From: Candidatus Altimarinota bacterium
Lineage (GTDB): Bacteria; Patescibacteriota; Gracilibacteria; CAIRYL01
Length of the DNA: 64,000 bases
Assembly (NCBI GenBank): GCA_965250085.1
Contig: OZ252287.1
Location: 704,001 to 768,000, forward strand
Direction: 5' to 3'
Position 1 is the stretch's first letter. Each line of letters begins with the position of its first letter. The notes beneath the pieces are model-generated. The model saw only the letters and a list, made by a program, of their open reading frames with translations, had not been told where the DNA came from and ran no database searches. This document shows, one piece after another, positions 50,000-58,276 of this stretch. The position numbers were made by a program, and so were the translations under genes.

Positions 50000-50069
50000 T
50001 GTCATTCTGATTCGCCGTAGGCGGAGAAGAATCTCGAGATCCTTCAGTCGTACCTCCTTCAGGATGACA
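50000..50069. repeat. Palindromic REP/MITE-like element (GTCATTCTGA...TCAGGATGAC type)
   Basis: Terminal inverted repeat tgtcattctga / tcaggatgaca, with internal cgcc-gta-ggcg and atctcgagat palindromes. Confidence 0.75.
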
Positions 50070-50134
50070 GAACTCTTGCTTTCTACTGGCTTTTTACCTA
50101 CCATACGCGAGAATTATTTTGACTCCTGAACAAA

Positions 50135-51037
50135 ATGAAATTTCCCATTATTCCCTCTTCAAAAACATGGTTCTCTCTCTCTGCACTTCTAGTGGCAGCA
50201 AGTTTGTTTTTTCTCTTGTCTCCAGGTTTTGGACTCAAAGCGGGAATTGATTTTACTGGAGGAAGTAAGATGTATCTTCCTTTTTCTGAGCCCATCGCTC
50301 GTCAGGAATTTACAGATATTTTTCGTGAAACATTGGGAGATGACAAAGGAGAAATAGTGGTAGAATCTGGGGAGAATGCCATTTTGGTGCGCTCGAGAAC
50401 ACTGGAAAATAGTGAAATAGAATCCCTGAAATCTGCATTTGCAGAAAAAGGAAACCGCATCACTGAAGATGCAATCCGAGTAGAAACAGTAGGTCCGACT
50501 CAAGGCGCAGTACAGACTCGTAATGGATTTATCGCCGTAGGAATTACTCTTCTCGCAATTGTGCTCTTTATTAGTCTCGCCTTTCGGAAAGTGCCACATG
50601 GTCTTTCCAGTTGGAAACTTGGCCTCGCGGCTATTGTTGCCCTCCTTCATGACGTCACCATCATTGCTGGTATTTTTGCACTTTTGGGGAAATTTTATGG
50701 AGTAGAAGTCGATACTCTCTTTATTACTGCGCTCCTCACCGTTATGGGATTCTCAGTACATGACACTATTGTGGTGTTTGATCGCCTGAGAGAAAATCTG
50801 CGTGGCGTTGCCGTGTCTGAGCTTCCCCAAGTCGCCGAAAAGTCTGTCTGGGAAACAATGGCTCGCTCACTGCATACTTCTATCTCCACCGTCATTGTCC
50901 TTGTTGCCATTTTACTCGCAAAAATCGAAGGGATTCATTTTTTTGTCCTCGCCCTTACTGCTGGTATTGTTATCGGAACATATTCTTCTATCTTTCTCGC
51001 CACACCACTTCTGGTGGCATGGTCGAAACAGAAATAA
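50135..51037 (+). CDS. secF: Protein translocase subunit SecF
   Basis: GIDFTGG, VETVGPT, ALLHDV, GFSVHDTIVVFDRLREN, GTYSSIFLA. Confidence 0.96.
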   Translation: MKFPIIPSSKTWFSLSALLVAASLFFLLSPGFGLKAGIDFTGGSKMYLPFSEPIARQEFTDIFRETLGDDKGEIVVESGENAILVRSRTLENSEIESLKSAFAEKGNRITEDAIRVETVGPTQGAVQTRNGFIAVGITLLAIVLFISLAFRKVPHGLSSWKLGLAAIVALLHDVTIIAGIFALLGKFYGVEVDTLFITALLTVMGFSVHDTIVVFDRLRENLRGVAVSELPQVAEKSVWETMARSLHTSISTVIVLVAILLAKIEGIHFFVLALTAGIVIGTYSSIFLATPLLVAWSKQK

Positions 51038-51137
51038 ATCGCTTATTCCTCATTTCTTCGCTCTGAAGTACACACAATGAATATTGTGGTCTTCAACGCA
51101 TTGGATTACCAATAAGATCTGCTACTTAATCCATACC

Positions 51138-52967
51138 TTACCTTACAATTTTTACAATTTCAGGCGTTACATTTTCTGGTATAACCCAACAAAGTTTGTA
51201 GCGTTTTGAGCCTTTTTCTTCATTACATCGCTCATAGGTGCAATTTGCTTCTAATGCATCCAATGGAACCGTCATTTCATTTATAGTGCCGTCATACACA
51301 CGAAAATATAAAAGCCCCTCCTCTATCTTTAATACAAAAACAGTGTGGAATCCTGGATAGACAATAGAGTCCCTTATTTGCAACCCTGTATCTTGTGCTT
51401 CACGAATTATTTGCTCTTTGATTCCCACCTGTGCTCTCTTTTTTTCTTCAAACCGTGAAAGTACTTTTATAATGGTGCCTTCACTGGCTTCTGGAATAGC
51501 GCTTGGTTGATTTTTAGAATCAGCAGCTTCCTTTTGAGGAGCACTTCTTTCAAGCTTAGCAAATAGATCTTCTACAGCCGCGATTTCATCTGCAGAAACA
51601 CTTGAAATGTCCGGCTCAATGCGTACCTCTCTATCATCTTGACTCGTAAAAACCTCTCCTGCTCGCTCCGGATAAAGTCCAAATTTTCTTCTCAGAATTT
51701 TTTCTAAAAAAATAATGTACTTTTTCATAAGCCATTTGGTTACATCAAGTGTCGTTTGTTGACTGAAGAAGTCAAATTCTTCATCCATCAGTTCCTCAAA
51801 AAAATCTGCTGGAGCCTCTACCTTTGTTGCTCCCATTTGCCGTGCACATAAATACGCTCTCGAAAAAACTGTAGCTCTATCATCTCGCTTGAGCCATTTG
51901 CGCACAAGTATGAGCCAATATTTCCCCATTCCAATCGCATCAAAATTATATCTTGGCGCAACAAAATGAGTATTTTTGCCTTCAGCCACCATTTTAACAA
52001 ATCGATATAAGGTGTTGGCAGCGAAATACTCTCTTTTTTGCACAAAAAAACTTTCTCTTCCAAATAACCCAGGAATATTGGTTACAACAGATTTGGCTTC
52101 CCCTGAATTTTTTCTCATTTGCTCCTTGGCACTACTGGTATAGTACAGTCGATTTCTTGTCAGAAGTGCCTGATTGGAAGCAAGATCACGCCGCCCAAGA
52201 TGGTCTATTAGGGCTGCTTTTTCAAAATCTGCAATTTCTTCCACATCTACGGGGTGTACTCCCATCTTTTCTGCAAATGCCAAAATATCTGGCTCTTTTT
52301 TTGTCAAAACCAAATCTAAATCAGAGAGAGGGAGTTCTGCCCTTAATGATTCCAACAGTGTTTCTCCTTCTGGACTAGTAAGGTCCATATCTTGAAGCAC
52401 ATGAAGCTTCAACGCCACTCTCGCAGCACCACCCTTGGCCCCACTGTGCTCAGTGAGCATCTCAAGCTGTGGCAACAAATCAGTAAGATATGGAATCTCA
52501 CTTACAGGAATATCCTCCACTTGAATCTGATCTAAAACTTCATCATCATTGAGAGGTACCCATGAGATTTGTTTGATATCAGTCATCACTCTACGCGAGA
52601 CAGAAACAGGTCCCTCGTCTTCAGGAAGTTCTTGGTTTTTATATATTTCTCGAATATCCTGCGTAACAGCCTCTATAAGCTTTTTGATGAGGCCTCGAAC
52701 TTCCTCAGGTATCTCTTCATTTTTGAGTATTTTTGGCACTTGCTTCATTAGTTGTGAGTAGAAGTGTGAAGGGTTTTCAATGCTATCTACAAGATTGCGT
52801 AATTGCTCAGAAATATCGTTGAGGACAGCAAAAACACCATGTGGATCATCCACTCGAGATCGACCCGCATTAACTTCATCGTATGGGGATTCATGCCCGC
52901 TCAAAAATGAATCAGCAAAGCTGGATGTTATAAACTCCCAAGTCCTATTTCCTTTTGGTAGACCCAT
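51138..52967 (-). CDS. Hypothetical protein with a divergent class II (CCA-adding/poly(A) polymerase-like) nucleotidyltransferase head
   Basis: KGGAAR...SDLDLVL (hG[GS]..DxD with a long spacer) and HLGRRDLASNQAL (compare RRDFTxNA). Confidence 0.55.
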   Translation of the reverse strand: MGLPKGNRTWEFITSSFADSFLSGHESPYDEVNAGRSRVDDPHGVFAVLNDISEQLRNLVDSIENPSHFYSQLMKQVPKILKNEEIPEEVRGLIKKLIEAVTQDIREIYKNQELPEDEGPVSVSRRVMTDIKQISWVPLNDDEVLDQIQVEDIPVSEIPYLTDLLPQLEMLTEHSGAKGGAARVALKLHVLQDMDLTSPEGETLLESLRAELPLSDLDLVLTKKEPDILAFAEKMGVHPVDVEEIADFEKAALIDHLGRRDLASNQALLTRNRLYYTSSAKEQMRKNSGEAKSVVTNIPGLFGRESFFVQKREYFAANTLYRFVKMVAEGKNTHFVAPRYNFDAIGMGKYWLILVRKWLKRDDRATVFSRAYLCARQMGATKVEAPADFFEELMDEEFDFFSQQTTLDVTKWLMKKYIIFLEKILRRKFGLYPERAGEVFTSQDDREVRIEPDISSVSADEIAAVEDLFAKLERSAPQKEAADSKNQPSAIPEASEGTIIKVLSRFEEKKRAQVGIKEQIIREAQDTGLQIRDSIVYPGFHTVFVLKIEEGLLYFRVYDGTINEMTVPLDALEANCTYERCNEEKGSKRYKLCWVIPENVTPEIVKIVR

Positions 52968-53109
52968 ATTACGGAAATTAATAAAATAAGGTCGCATTAT
53001 AGTTGACCGTATTTCAAAAAACAAGGGTGATATTATTTTCGGTGGAACCGCTTCTGAATTGACCTAAGTCCAATTTTTTTCTTTTTAGAAATATAGGAAA
53101 GGAATATTT

Positions 53110-54180
53110 TCAAAACCGAAACTCATGTGAAAGATCCACATCTACATTTTGGAATATAAAATTTTTTCGTCGCGCACTGGAAGCGTGTTGCCACATGTAA
53201 TATCCAGCGCAGGCAATCATAGCGGCATTATCGGTGCAGTATTCTCTTTTTTCCGGGATTCGAGTTTTGAGATTCCGTTTTTTTGCCTCTTCTCCAAATC
53301 GCTCCCTGAGTCTTTCATTTGCGGAGACTCCTCCTGCCAGATGAACTTCTTTCGCTCCATATTCATCGACCGCCGTAAAGAGCTTCATGACAAGTGTGTC
53401 TACAATCGCCTCTTGATACGAAGCCGCAAAATCTGCAAGCTGAGAACTGGGAACTGGGAACTGGGAACTTTTCATATCTTTGCTCTCCTCACTCCCCACT
53501 CCCAGCTCCTTTACTTTATAGTAGAGCGCTGTTTTAAGCCCTGAAAATGAAAAATTGAAGTCTCCGCTTTTTTCCATTGGTCTGGGAAATGCAACTGCTT
53601 TTCTCTTTCCCTTGTCTGCTAATTTGGACAATGCAGGTCCTCCTGGATACGGCAATCCTAGCATACGCGCTCCCTTGTCGAACGCTTCTCCAGCCGCATC
53701 ATCCACAGTTTCTCCCAGATGTCTGAATTCCCAGTTTTTATTCCACAAATAAATATCGTTGTGCCCACCGGCCACAGTAAGAGATACAACGGGAAAGTGA
53801 GGATCCTCTTCTCGTTCTAGAAGATTAGAGAGAATGTGTCCCGCAATATGAAACACAGGGACCAGCGGTTTGTCATGGATCATGGCAAGAGTTTTTGCAG
53901 ATTCAATGCCAACTAATAATGATCCGAGCAGTCCGGGTCCATTGGTCACGGCGATCGCATCAATATCATTCCAGATGCATTTTGCTTCGATGAGTGCGGA
54001 GGAAATCACTGGCGCAATCTTGAGCGCTCCTTCTCTGGCGGCAATCTCTGGAACTATTCCTTTCGTTTTTTTGTGAAGTTCAGCAGATGATTCTATCACA
54101 GTAGAAAGCACACCGTATCCATCTTCTACAATTGCTCCTGCTATTTCGTCGCATGATGATTCAATTCCTAGAATTTTCAT
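53110..54180 (-). CDS. tsaD: tRNA t6A37 threonylcarbamoyltransferase TsaD
   Basis: ILGIESSCDE, GPGL.GSL, HIAGH, DDAAGEAFDK, FSFSGLKT, CTDNAAMI. Confidence 0.97.
   Translation of the reverse strand: MKILGIESSCDEIAGAIVEDGYGVLSTVIESSAELHKKTKGIVPEIAAREGALKIAPVISSALIEAKCIWNDIDAIAVTNGPGLLGSLLVGIESAKTLAMIHDKPLVPVFHIAGHILSNLLEREEDPHFPVVSLTVAGGHNDIYLWNKNWEFRHLGETVDDAAGEAFDKGARMLGLPYPGGPALSKLADKGKRKAVAFPRPMEKSGDFNFSFSGLKTALYYKVKELGVGSEESKDMKSSQFPVPSSQLADFAASYQEAIVDTLVMKLFTAVDEYGAKEVHLAGGVSANERLRERFGEEAKKRNLKTRIPEKREYCTDNAAMIACAGYYMWQHASSARRKNFIFQNVDVDLSHEFRF
53442..53509. repeat. Opposed heptamer arrays inside tsaD
   Basis: gagaact gggaact gggaact gggaact ... ctcctca ctcccca ctcccag. Confidence 0.75.
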
Positions 54181-54464
54181 AATCTCTGAAGAAAAACTTT
54201 TTGAATATCTTTCCATATCGCCTGCATATCTTCTTCAGAAATATCACACTTCAAAGCATGTTTCCAGAGTCCTTTCTTTTTTGGATCAAAAAGCTGAGCA
54301 ATCATACGTTCGTCTTTCTGAACATACATTCCTCTGCCAAGCATGTTTCCTGATACATCCAGAAGAATGTTGTTATCAGGAGTACAAACAATACGCAAAA
54401 GATTTTCCTGCGGAAGAATCTTTCGCGTGAGAATACACATCCGAGGGGGTTTTCTATGACCCAT
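54177..54464 (-). CDS. ylxR: YlxR/DUF448 family RNA-binding protein
   Basis: PPRMCILTR, LLRIV, GRGMYV, ALK. Confidence 0.85.
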   Translation of the reverse strand: MGHRKPPRMCILTRKILPQENLLRIVCTPDNNILLDVSGNMLGRGMYVQKDERMIAQLFDPKKKGLWKHALKCDISEEDMQAIWKDIQKVFLQRL

Positions 54465-54487
54465 ACTGTGTAAAACGAGAGACAAGT

Positions 54488-55957
54488 TTACTTTTTCTTC
54501 TTTTTTTCGGATTTTTTCGGAGCTGCTTTCTTTTTCGTATCAGCAGTTTTTTTTGTTGTTTTCTTCGTTGTTTTTTTTTCGGTTTTCTTTTTTGTCTCTG
54601 AGTCTGCCTTCTTTGGTTTCTTTTTTACTGCTGTTTTTTTTGTGGCGACCTTCGTCTTTGATTTTTTCTCTTTTGGTGAGTCTTCCTTTGCTTCTGTTTT
54701 TTTTGAAATTTCCTCTTCAGAAGATTCTTCTTTCTTATCCTGAGCTTTATCAACAGACTCTTCTGCTTTTTCTTTCTTTGATACTGGTTTTTTCTTTTTA
54801 TCTGCCGACTTGTCCGCAGAAGTTTTAACGGAGACGGAGGCGGAAGTTTTTTCGGAGGAGGACTCTTTTTCTGTCGTTCCCTTGAGGCTCAGTCTCAGTG
54901 AATGATCATCCATAAGAATTTCCAAAACTTTTACTTCTACCTCTTGTCCTTCCTTATACTCTTTTTCAGGATCAATGCTTTCATTTTCAAATTCTGAAGT
55001 GTGGACCAGTCCATTGACTCCATCCTCGAGGGTGACAAAAATACCATAATTGGTGACTTTATTAATGCTCCCTTTATGAGAGGATCCTATCTCATAGGAT
55101 TCAATCTTATCCAGCCATGGATCAGGTTCAAGCTGTTTGATGGAAAGAGAAATCTTATGCCCCTCTACCCCAATAACTTTTACTTTGACTTTGTCTCCTA
55201 GCTTGAAGAGTTCTGTAGGCGTTTTGACATGACTCCATGTCATTTCAGAAATGTGTACCAGTCCTTCCAGATTTCCAAAAAGAACGAATGCGCCAAATTT
55301 TACAATCCCATTAACTTCACCTTCTACCTCATCATTCAGTTTTAGTTTTGACATTTCGTTTTCTCTCAGTTCAGCAGTTGCAGCTCTCTCGGAAACAACG
55401 AGTTTACGAATTTCGAGATCGAGAAGAATTATTTTCGTCGTAAACTTACGCCCCACCAATGCTTCTAGTTTTGCAAGTATCGCCTCTGCATTGGCTCCGT
55501 CTACACGCGGGTAATTTTGGGGCGAAAGCTGAGAAACTGGCAAGAATGCCGTGACTCCGTTCACTTCTACCATCAATCCTCCTTTGTTCGCCATTTTGGC
55601 TACGACTTCTATCGTTCCTCCTTCGTCCTGTATCTTTTCAAAATATTCCCATGATTTTTCTTGAGCTGCTTTTCGGAGAGAGAGAATAATCATTCCTTCA
55701 TCTGTTTCGTCCTCTAAGACAAAAGCCCCTACTTCATCCCCTATCTGTAAATTTTTTGCAGTCCCAAAGGTGTCATTGAGTTCTCTTCCAGAAATAATTC
55801 CGGTTGCAACTCCACCAATATCTATGAGGAGTTTTCCTGATCCAGTGCTAATAACTCGACCAGAAATAACAGTACCTGGAGTAATATCAACAAACTCCGG
55901 AGAGCTCTCCATAATATCCTCCATGGATATATGAGAGGGTGTTTCTTTTGTTGCCAT
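54488..55957 (-). CDS. rpsA: 30S ribosomal protein S1 (four S1 domains plus a Lys-rich tail)
   Basis: NKGGL.V, AFLPVSQL, FGAFV, EGLVHISE, LSIKQL..DPW, YGIFV. Confidence 0.93.
   Translation of the reverse strand: MATKETPSHISMEDIMESSPEFVDITPGTVISGRVISTGSGKLLIDIGGVATGIISGRELNDTFGTAKNLQIGDEVGAFVLEDETDEGMIILSLRKAAQEKSWEYFEKIQDEGGTIEVVAKMANKGGLMVEVNGVTAFLPVSQLSPQNYPRVDGANAEAILAKLEALVGRKFTTKIILLDLEIRKLVVSERAATAELRENEMSKLKLNDEVEGEVNGIVKFGAFVLFGNLEGLVHISEMTWSHVKTPTELFKLGDKVKVKVIGVEGHKISLSIKQLEPDPWLDKIESYEIGSSHKGSINKVTNYGIFVTLEDGVNGLVHTSEFENESIDPEKEYKEGQEVEVKVLEILMDDHSLRLSLKGTTEKESSSEKTSASVSVKTSADKSADKKKKPVSKKEKAEESVDKAQDKKEESSEEEISKKTEAKEDSPKEKKSKTKVATKKTAVKKKPKKADSETKKKTEKKTTKKTTKKTADTKKKAAPKKSEKKKKK
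54801..54863. repeat. REP-like element within the rpsA tail
   Basis: GC-rich, internally duplicated gaagtttt..cggag unit inside an AT-rich tail; ends resemble the intergenic element at 21586-21626. Confidence 0.5.
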
Positions 55958-56099
55958 AATAATAGTGTTTGCTGTGATAAAGAGAGACAAATGGCTTTTT
56001 TAGCACTGTCAGCCCCTAACAGCTCAGGCATGACAAACTAAAAAAAGCTGAGCGAGTCTAGGAAAAAAGAAGCAGAAATGCAAGAAAAAATAGTATTCC

Positions 56100-56840
56100 T
56101 TACTTTTTTGGAAAAAGTTCTTCGAAAACTTCTCGTGAAGAAAATGGTTTCTGCGCCAATACTTCAATAGAGCCAAGGAGGAGATTAAAAAGTTTTTGAA
56201 TATCTTGTTCTGGAAGTATGAGTCTGGAGAAACTTTCTGATGAAACGGTTTGGAAGAAAAAGAGACTTTTGATCTCATCGAATGTGAGTTTTGCTGCATC
56301 AGTGAGATGTTTGCAGCAAAAAAGACCTTGCTTTGGATGCCAAAATACAGTGCTTTGTTTAGAAAATTTTTTCCCGCATTTTGTGCAATTCTGAAAATAA
56401 GGAAATATTCCCAGCAAAGTACCAAGTTGCAGTATAAAACCACATATTTCTTCACGAGGCTTTGCAAAGGAGATTTGAAGAAATTTTTGCCAGAGAGAAA
56501 ACACGCCTGAAATGACTTGCCTCTCCGCAAGGAGCTTTAGAGAAGCTTCTGCCAAGAGAGAAAGTTCTGCCAAAAGTATCGGATCTGAAACATCAGGAGC
56601 AAAGAGAAATTCTGTTGAGAGGAGTCTGGCAAGGGCTTGCTCATTTTTAGGAATTGATCGAGCAAGTTTCATTTCTGAAAAAATTTGTATTGTTCCTTGC
56701 CGTTTGCTGCGTGCGCTTCGTATTCCTTTGGCAATCAGTTTTCTCTTTCCCTCTTTTTCCATTAAGAAGGTAAGCAAGGCATCACTCTCTTGATATGGCT
56801 GAACATGGAGCAGAATACCGCGATCAGTTATTTCTCGCAT
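56100..56840 (-). CDS. recO: DNA repair protein RecO
   Basis: DRGILL...YQESD..L, GK..LIAKGIR, C..CG zinc site. Confidence 0.9.
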   Translation of the reverse strand: MREITDRGILLHVQPYQESDALLTFLMEKEGKRKLIAKGIRSARSKRQGTIQIFSEMKLARSIPKNEQALARLLSTEFLFAPDVSDPILLAELSLLAEASLKLLAERQVISGVFSLWQKFLQISFAKPREEICGFILQLGTLLGIFPYFQNCTKCGKKFSKQSTVFWHPKQGLFCCKHLTDAAKLTFDEIKSLFFFQTVSSESFSRLILPEQDIQKLFNLLLGSIEVLAQKPFSSREVFEELFPKK

Positions 56841-56870
56841 GTGCAGAAAAAATGAAAGAAAACATAGTTT

Positions 56871-57833
56871 TTATTCTTCTGAGAATAAATGGTGCTTCCG
56901 AATAAACTTTTCTACAGTGAAAAATGAAATGATGAACGCACCTAAAATAAGAAATCCTATTGCCTTCCAAAAGGATGTGAGGAACGTGTATTGTAACTCT
57001 GAAAGCACTTGCAACAGAAAGACTTGATCTGATTGAGAGGTAAAGAAATTCACAGCACGAGGAGCAATGGTTTTGAGGAAAAGAAAGAAAAGAACAAAGC
57101 TTCCCAAAAATGAACAAAGTGCCAAAAAAACTCCATTGATTACAAATGGAAAACGGATGAACGAATGCTCCGCTCCTACCAGACGCATGATAAATATTTC
57201 TTTCTTCCGTTGATGCAAGATGGAAGACACAAAAAATGCTATAAGAAATGCAGAAATAGCAAGGAATACTGTTACCAAGAAAAATCCACTCTGACGGAAA
57301 AAAGAAAGAAGTTGAAGAATTCTGTTTACTTGTGATTTCTTTTCTTCATATCTATTAAAAAAACTTCGATCGATAACGTCATCAAACTGAGGATCTTCCA
57401 AAAAAACAAATATTTCATTTGGCGACCATGTACCCGGCACTATTTCTACTGATGCCTGTAATGGATTTCCGAGTTGATATCGTTCCAAAAATCGAACTTT
57501 GTCTGGAAATTTTTCTTTCATTTCGTTAAGCGCCTCATCTTTGGAAAAAGGTTGATAGCTCTGTATTTTTTTGTCTTTTTGCAGCGTCTCAAGTTCTAAT
57601 AAAAGTGCGTCAATTTGAAACTGACGTGTGTCAGGTTCAAAAAAAACTCCTACATCCACCTTCTCTTCTACTCGGTCTATAAGAGTTTGAGATGAGCTAT
57701 TAACTGAAAATATCATCCAGGTCAGGAAAAAAACCATGGCCATTGCCAAGATCGTCCACAAACTCATCCATTTATTTCTCCAAAAAAGATGAATAAATTC
57801 TGTGACGCCGCGCTTGAGAGAAAGAGTGTTCAT
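56871..57833 (-). CDS. ftsX: Cell division permease FtsX
   Basis: WRNKWMS, SKDEAL, NPL.AS, KKEIFIMRLVGA..FIRFPF. Confidence 0.9.
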   Translation of the reverse strand: MNTLSLKRGVTEFIHLFWRNKWMSLWTILAMAMVFFLTWMIFSVNSSSQTLIDRVEEKVDVGVFFEPDTRQFQIDALLLELETLQKDKKIQSYQPFSKDEALNEMKEKFPDKVRFLERYQLGNPLQASVEIVPGTWSPNEIFVFLEDPQFDDVIDRSFFNRYEEKKSQVNRILQLLSFFRQSGFFLVTVFLAISAFLIAFFVSSILHQRKKEIFIMRLVGAEHSFIRFPFVINGVFLALCSFLGSFVLFFLFLKTIAPRAVNFFTSQSDQVFLLQVLSELQYTFLTSFWKAIGFLILGAFIISFFTVEKFIRKHHLFSEE

Positions 57834-58240
57834 AAATGAGAGTTCCCAGGGAATATGTTTCTCAGTTTTGACGATTTAAATTCTTCGGGAAAATGGGGTA
57901 AAAGTCGAGTGATTATTGCCTCAGAAAAATTCTCATCTAGAAGCTTCATAGGGGCTTTCTGATCATATCCCAAGGCGATAATATCTGGGTCTATCATCTT
58001 TGGGATCAGAAGATAGTCTTCTTTTTCCCCAAGATAGACCCCATCAGCGATACCAAGTTCCTCAATATTTTGCACACGAATAGTTTCTGAAAAATGAGTA
58101 TTCCTTCCTTTTCTTTTTTTCACAGTACTGTCTTTTGCAATCACCACAAACAGTTCATCTCCCAGTTTTTTTGCACTTTTGAGAAAATCGATGTGCCCAG
58201 GGTGAATAATATCAAACGCGCCAAAAGCGAGCACTCGCAT
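57830..58240 (-). CDS. Cytidylyltransferase-family protein (archaeal-type FAD synthase/RibL-like)
   Basis: GAFDIIHPGH, LFVVIAKD, PDIIALGYDQ, KSS. Confidence 0.82.
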   Translation of the reverse strand: MRVLAFGAFDIIHPGHIDFLKSAKKLGDELFVVIAKDSTVKKRKGRNTHFSETIRVQNIEELGIADGVYLGEKEDYLLIPKMIDPDIIALGYDQKAPMKLLDENFSEAIITRLLPHFPEEFKSSKLRNIFPGNSHL

Positions 58241-58276
58241 TTTGCCATTTTGTTTGGAAGGAATGTTCAAAATATT

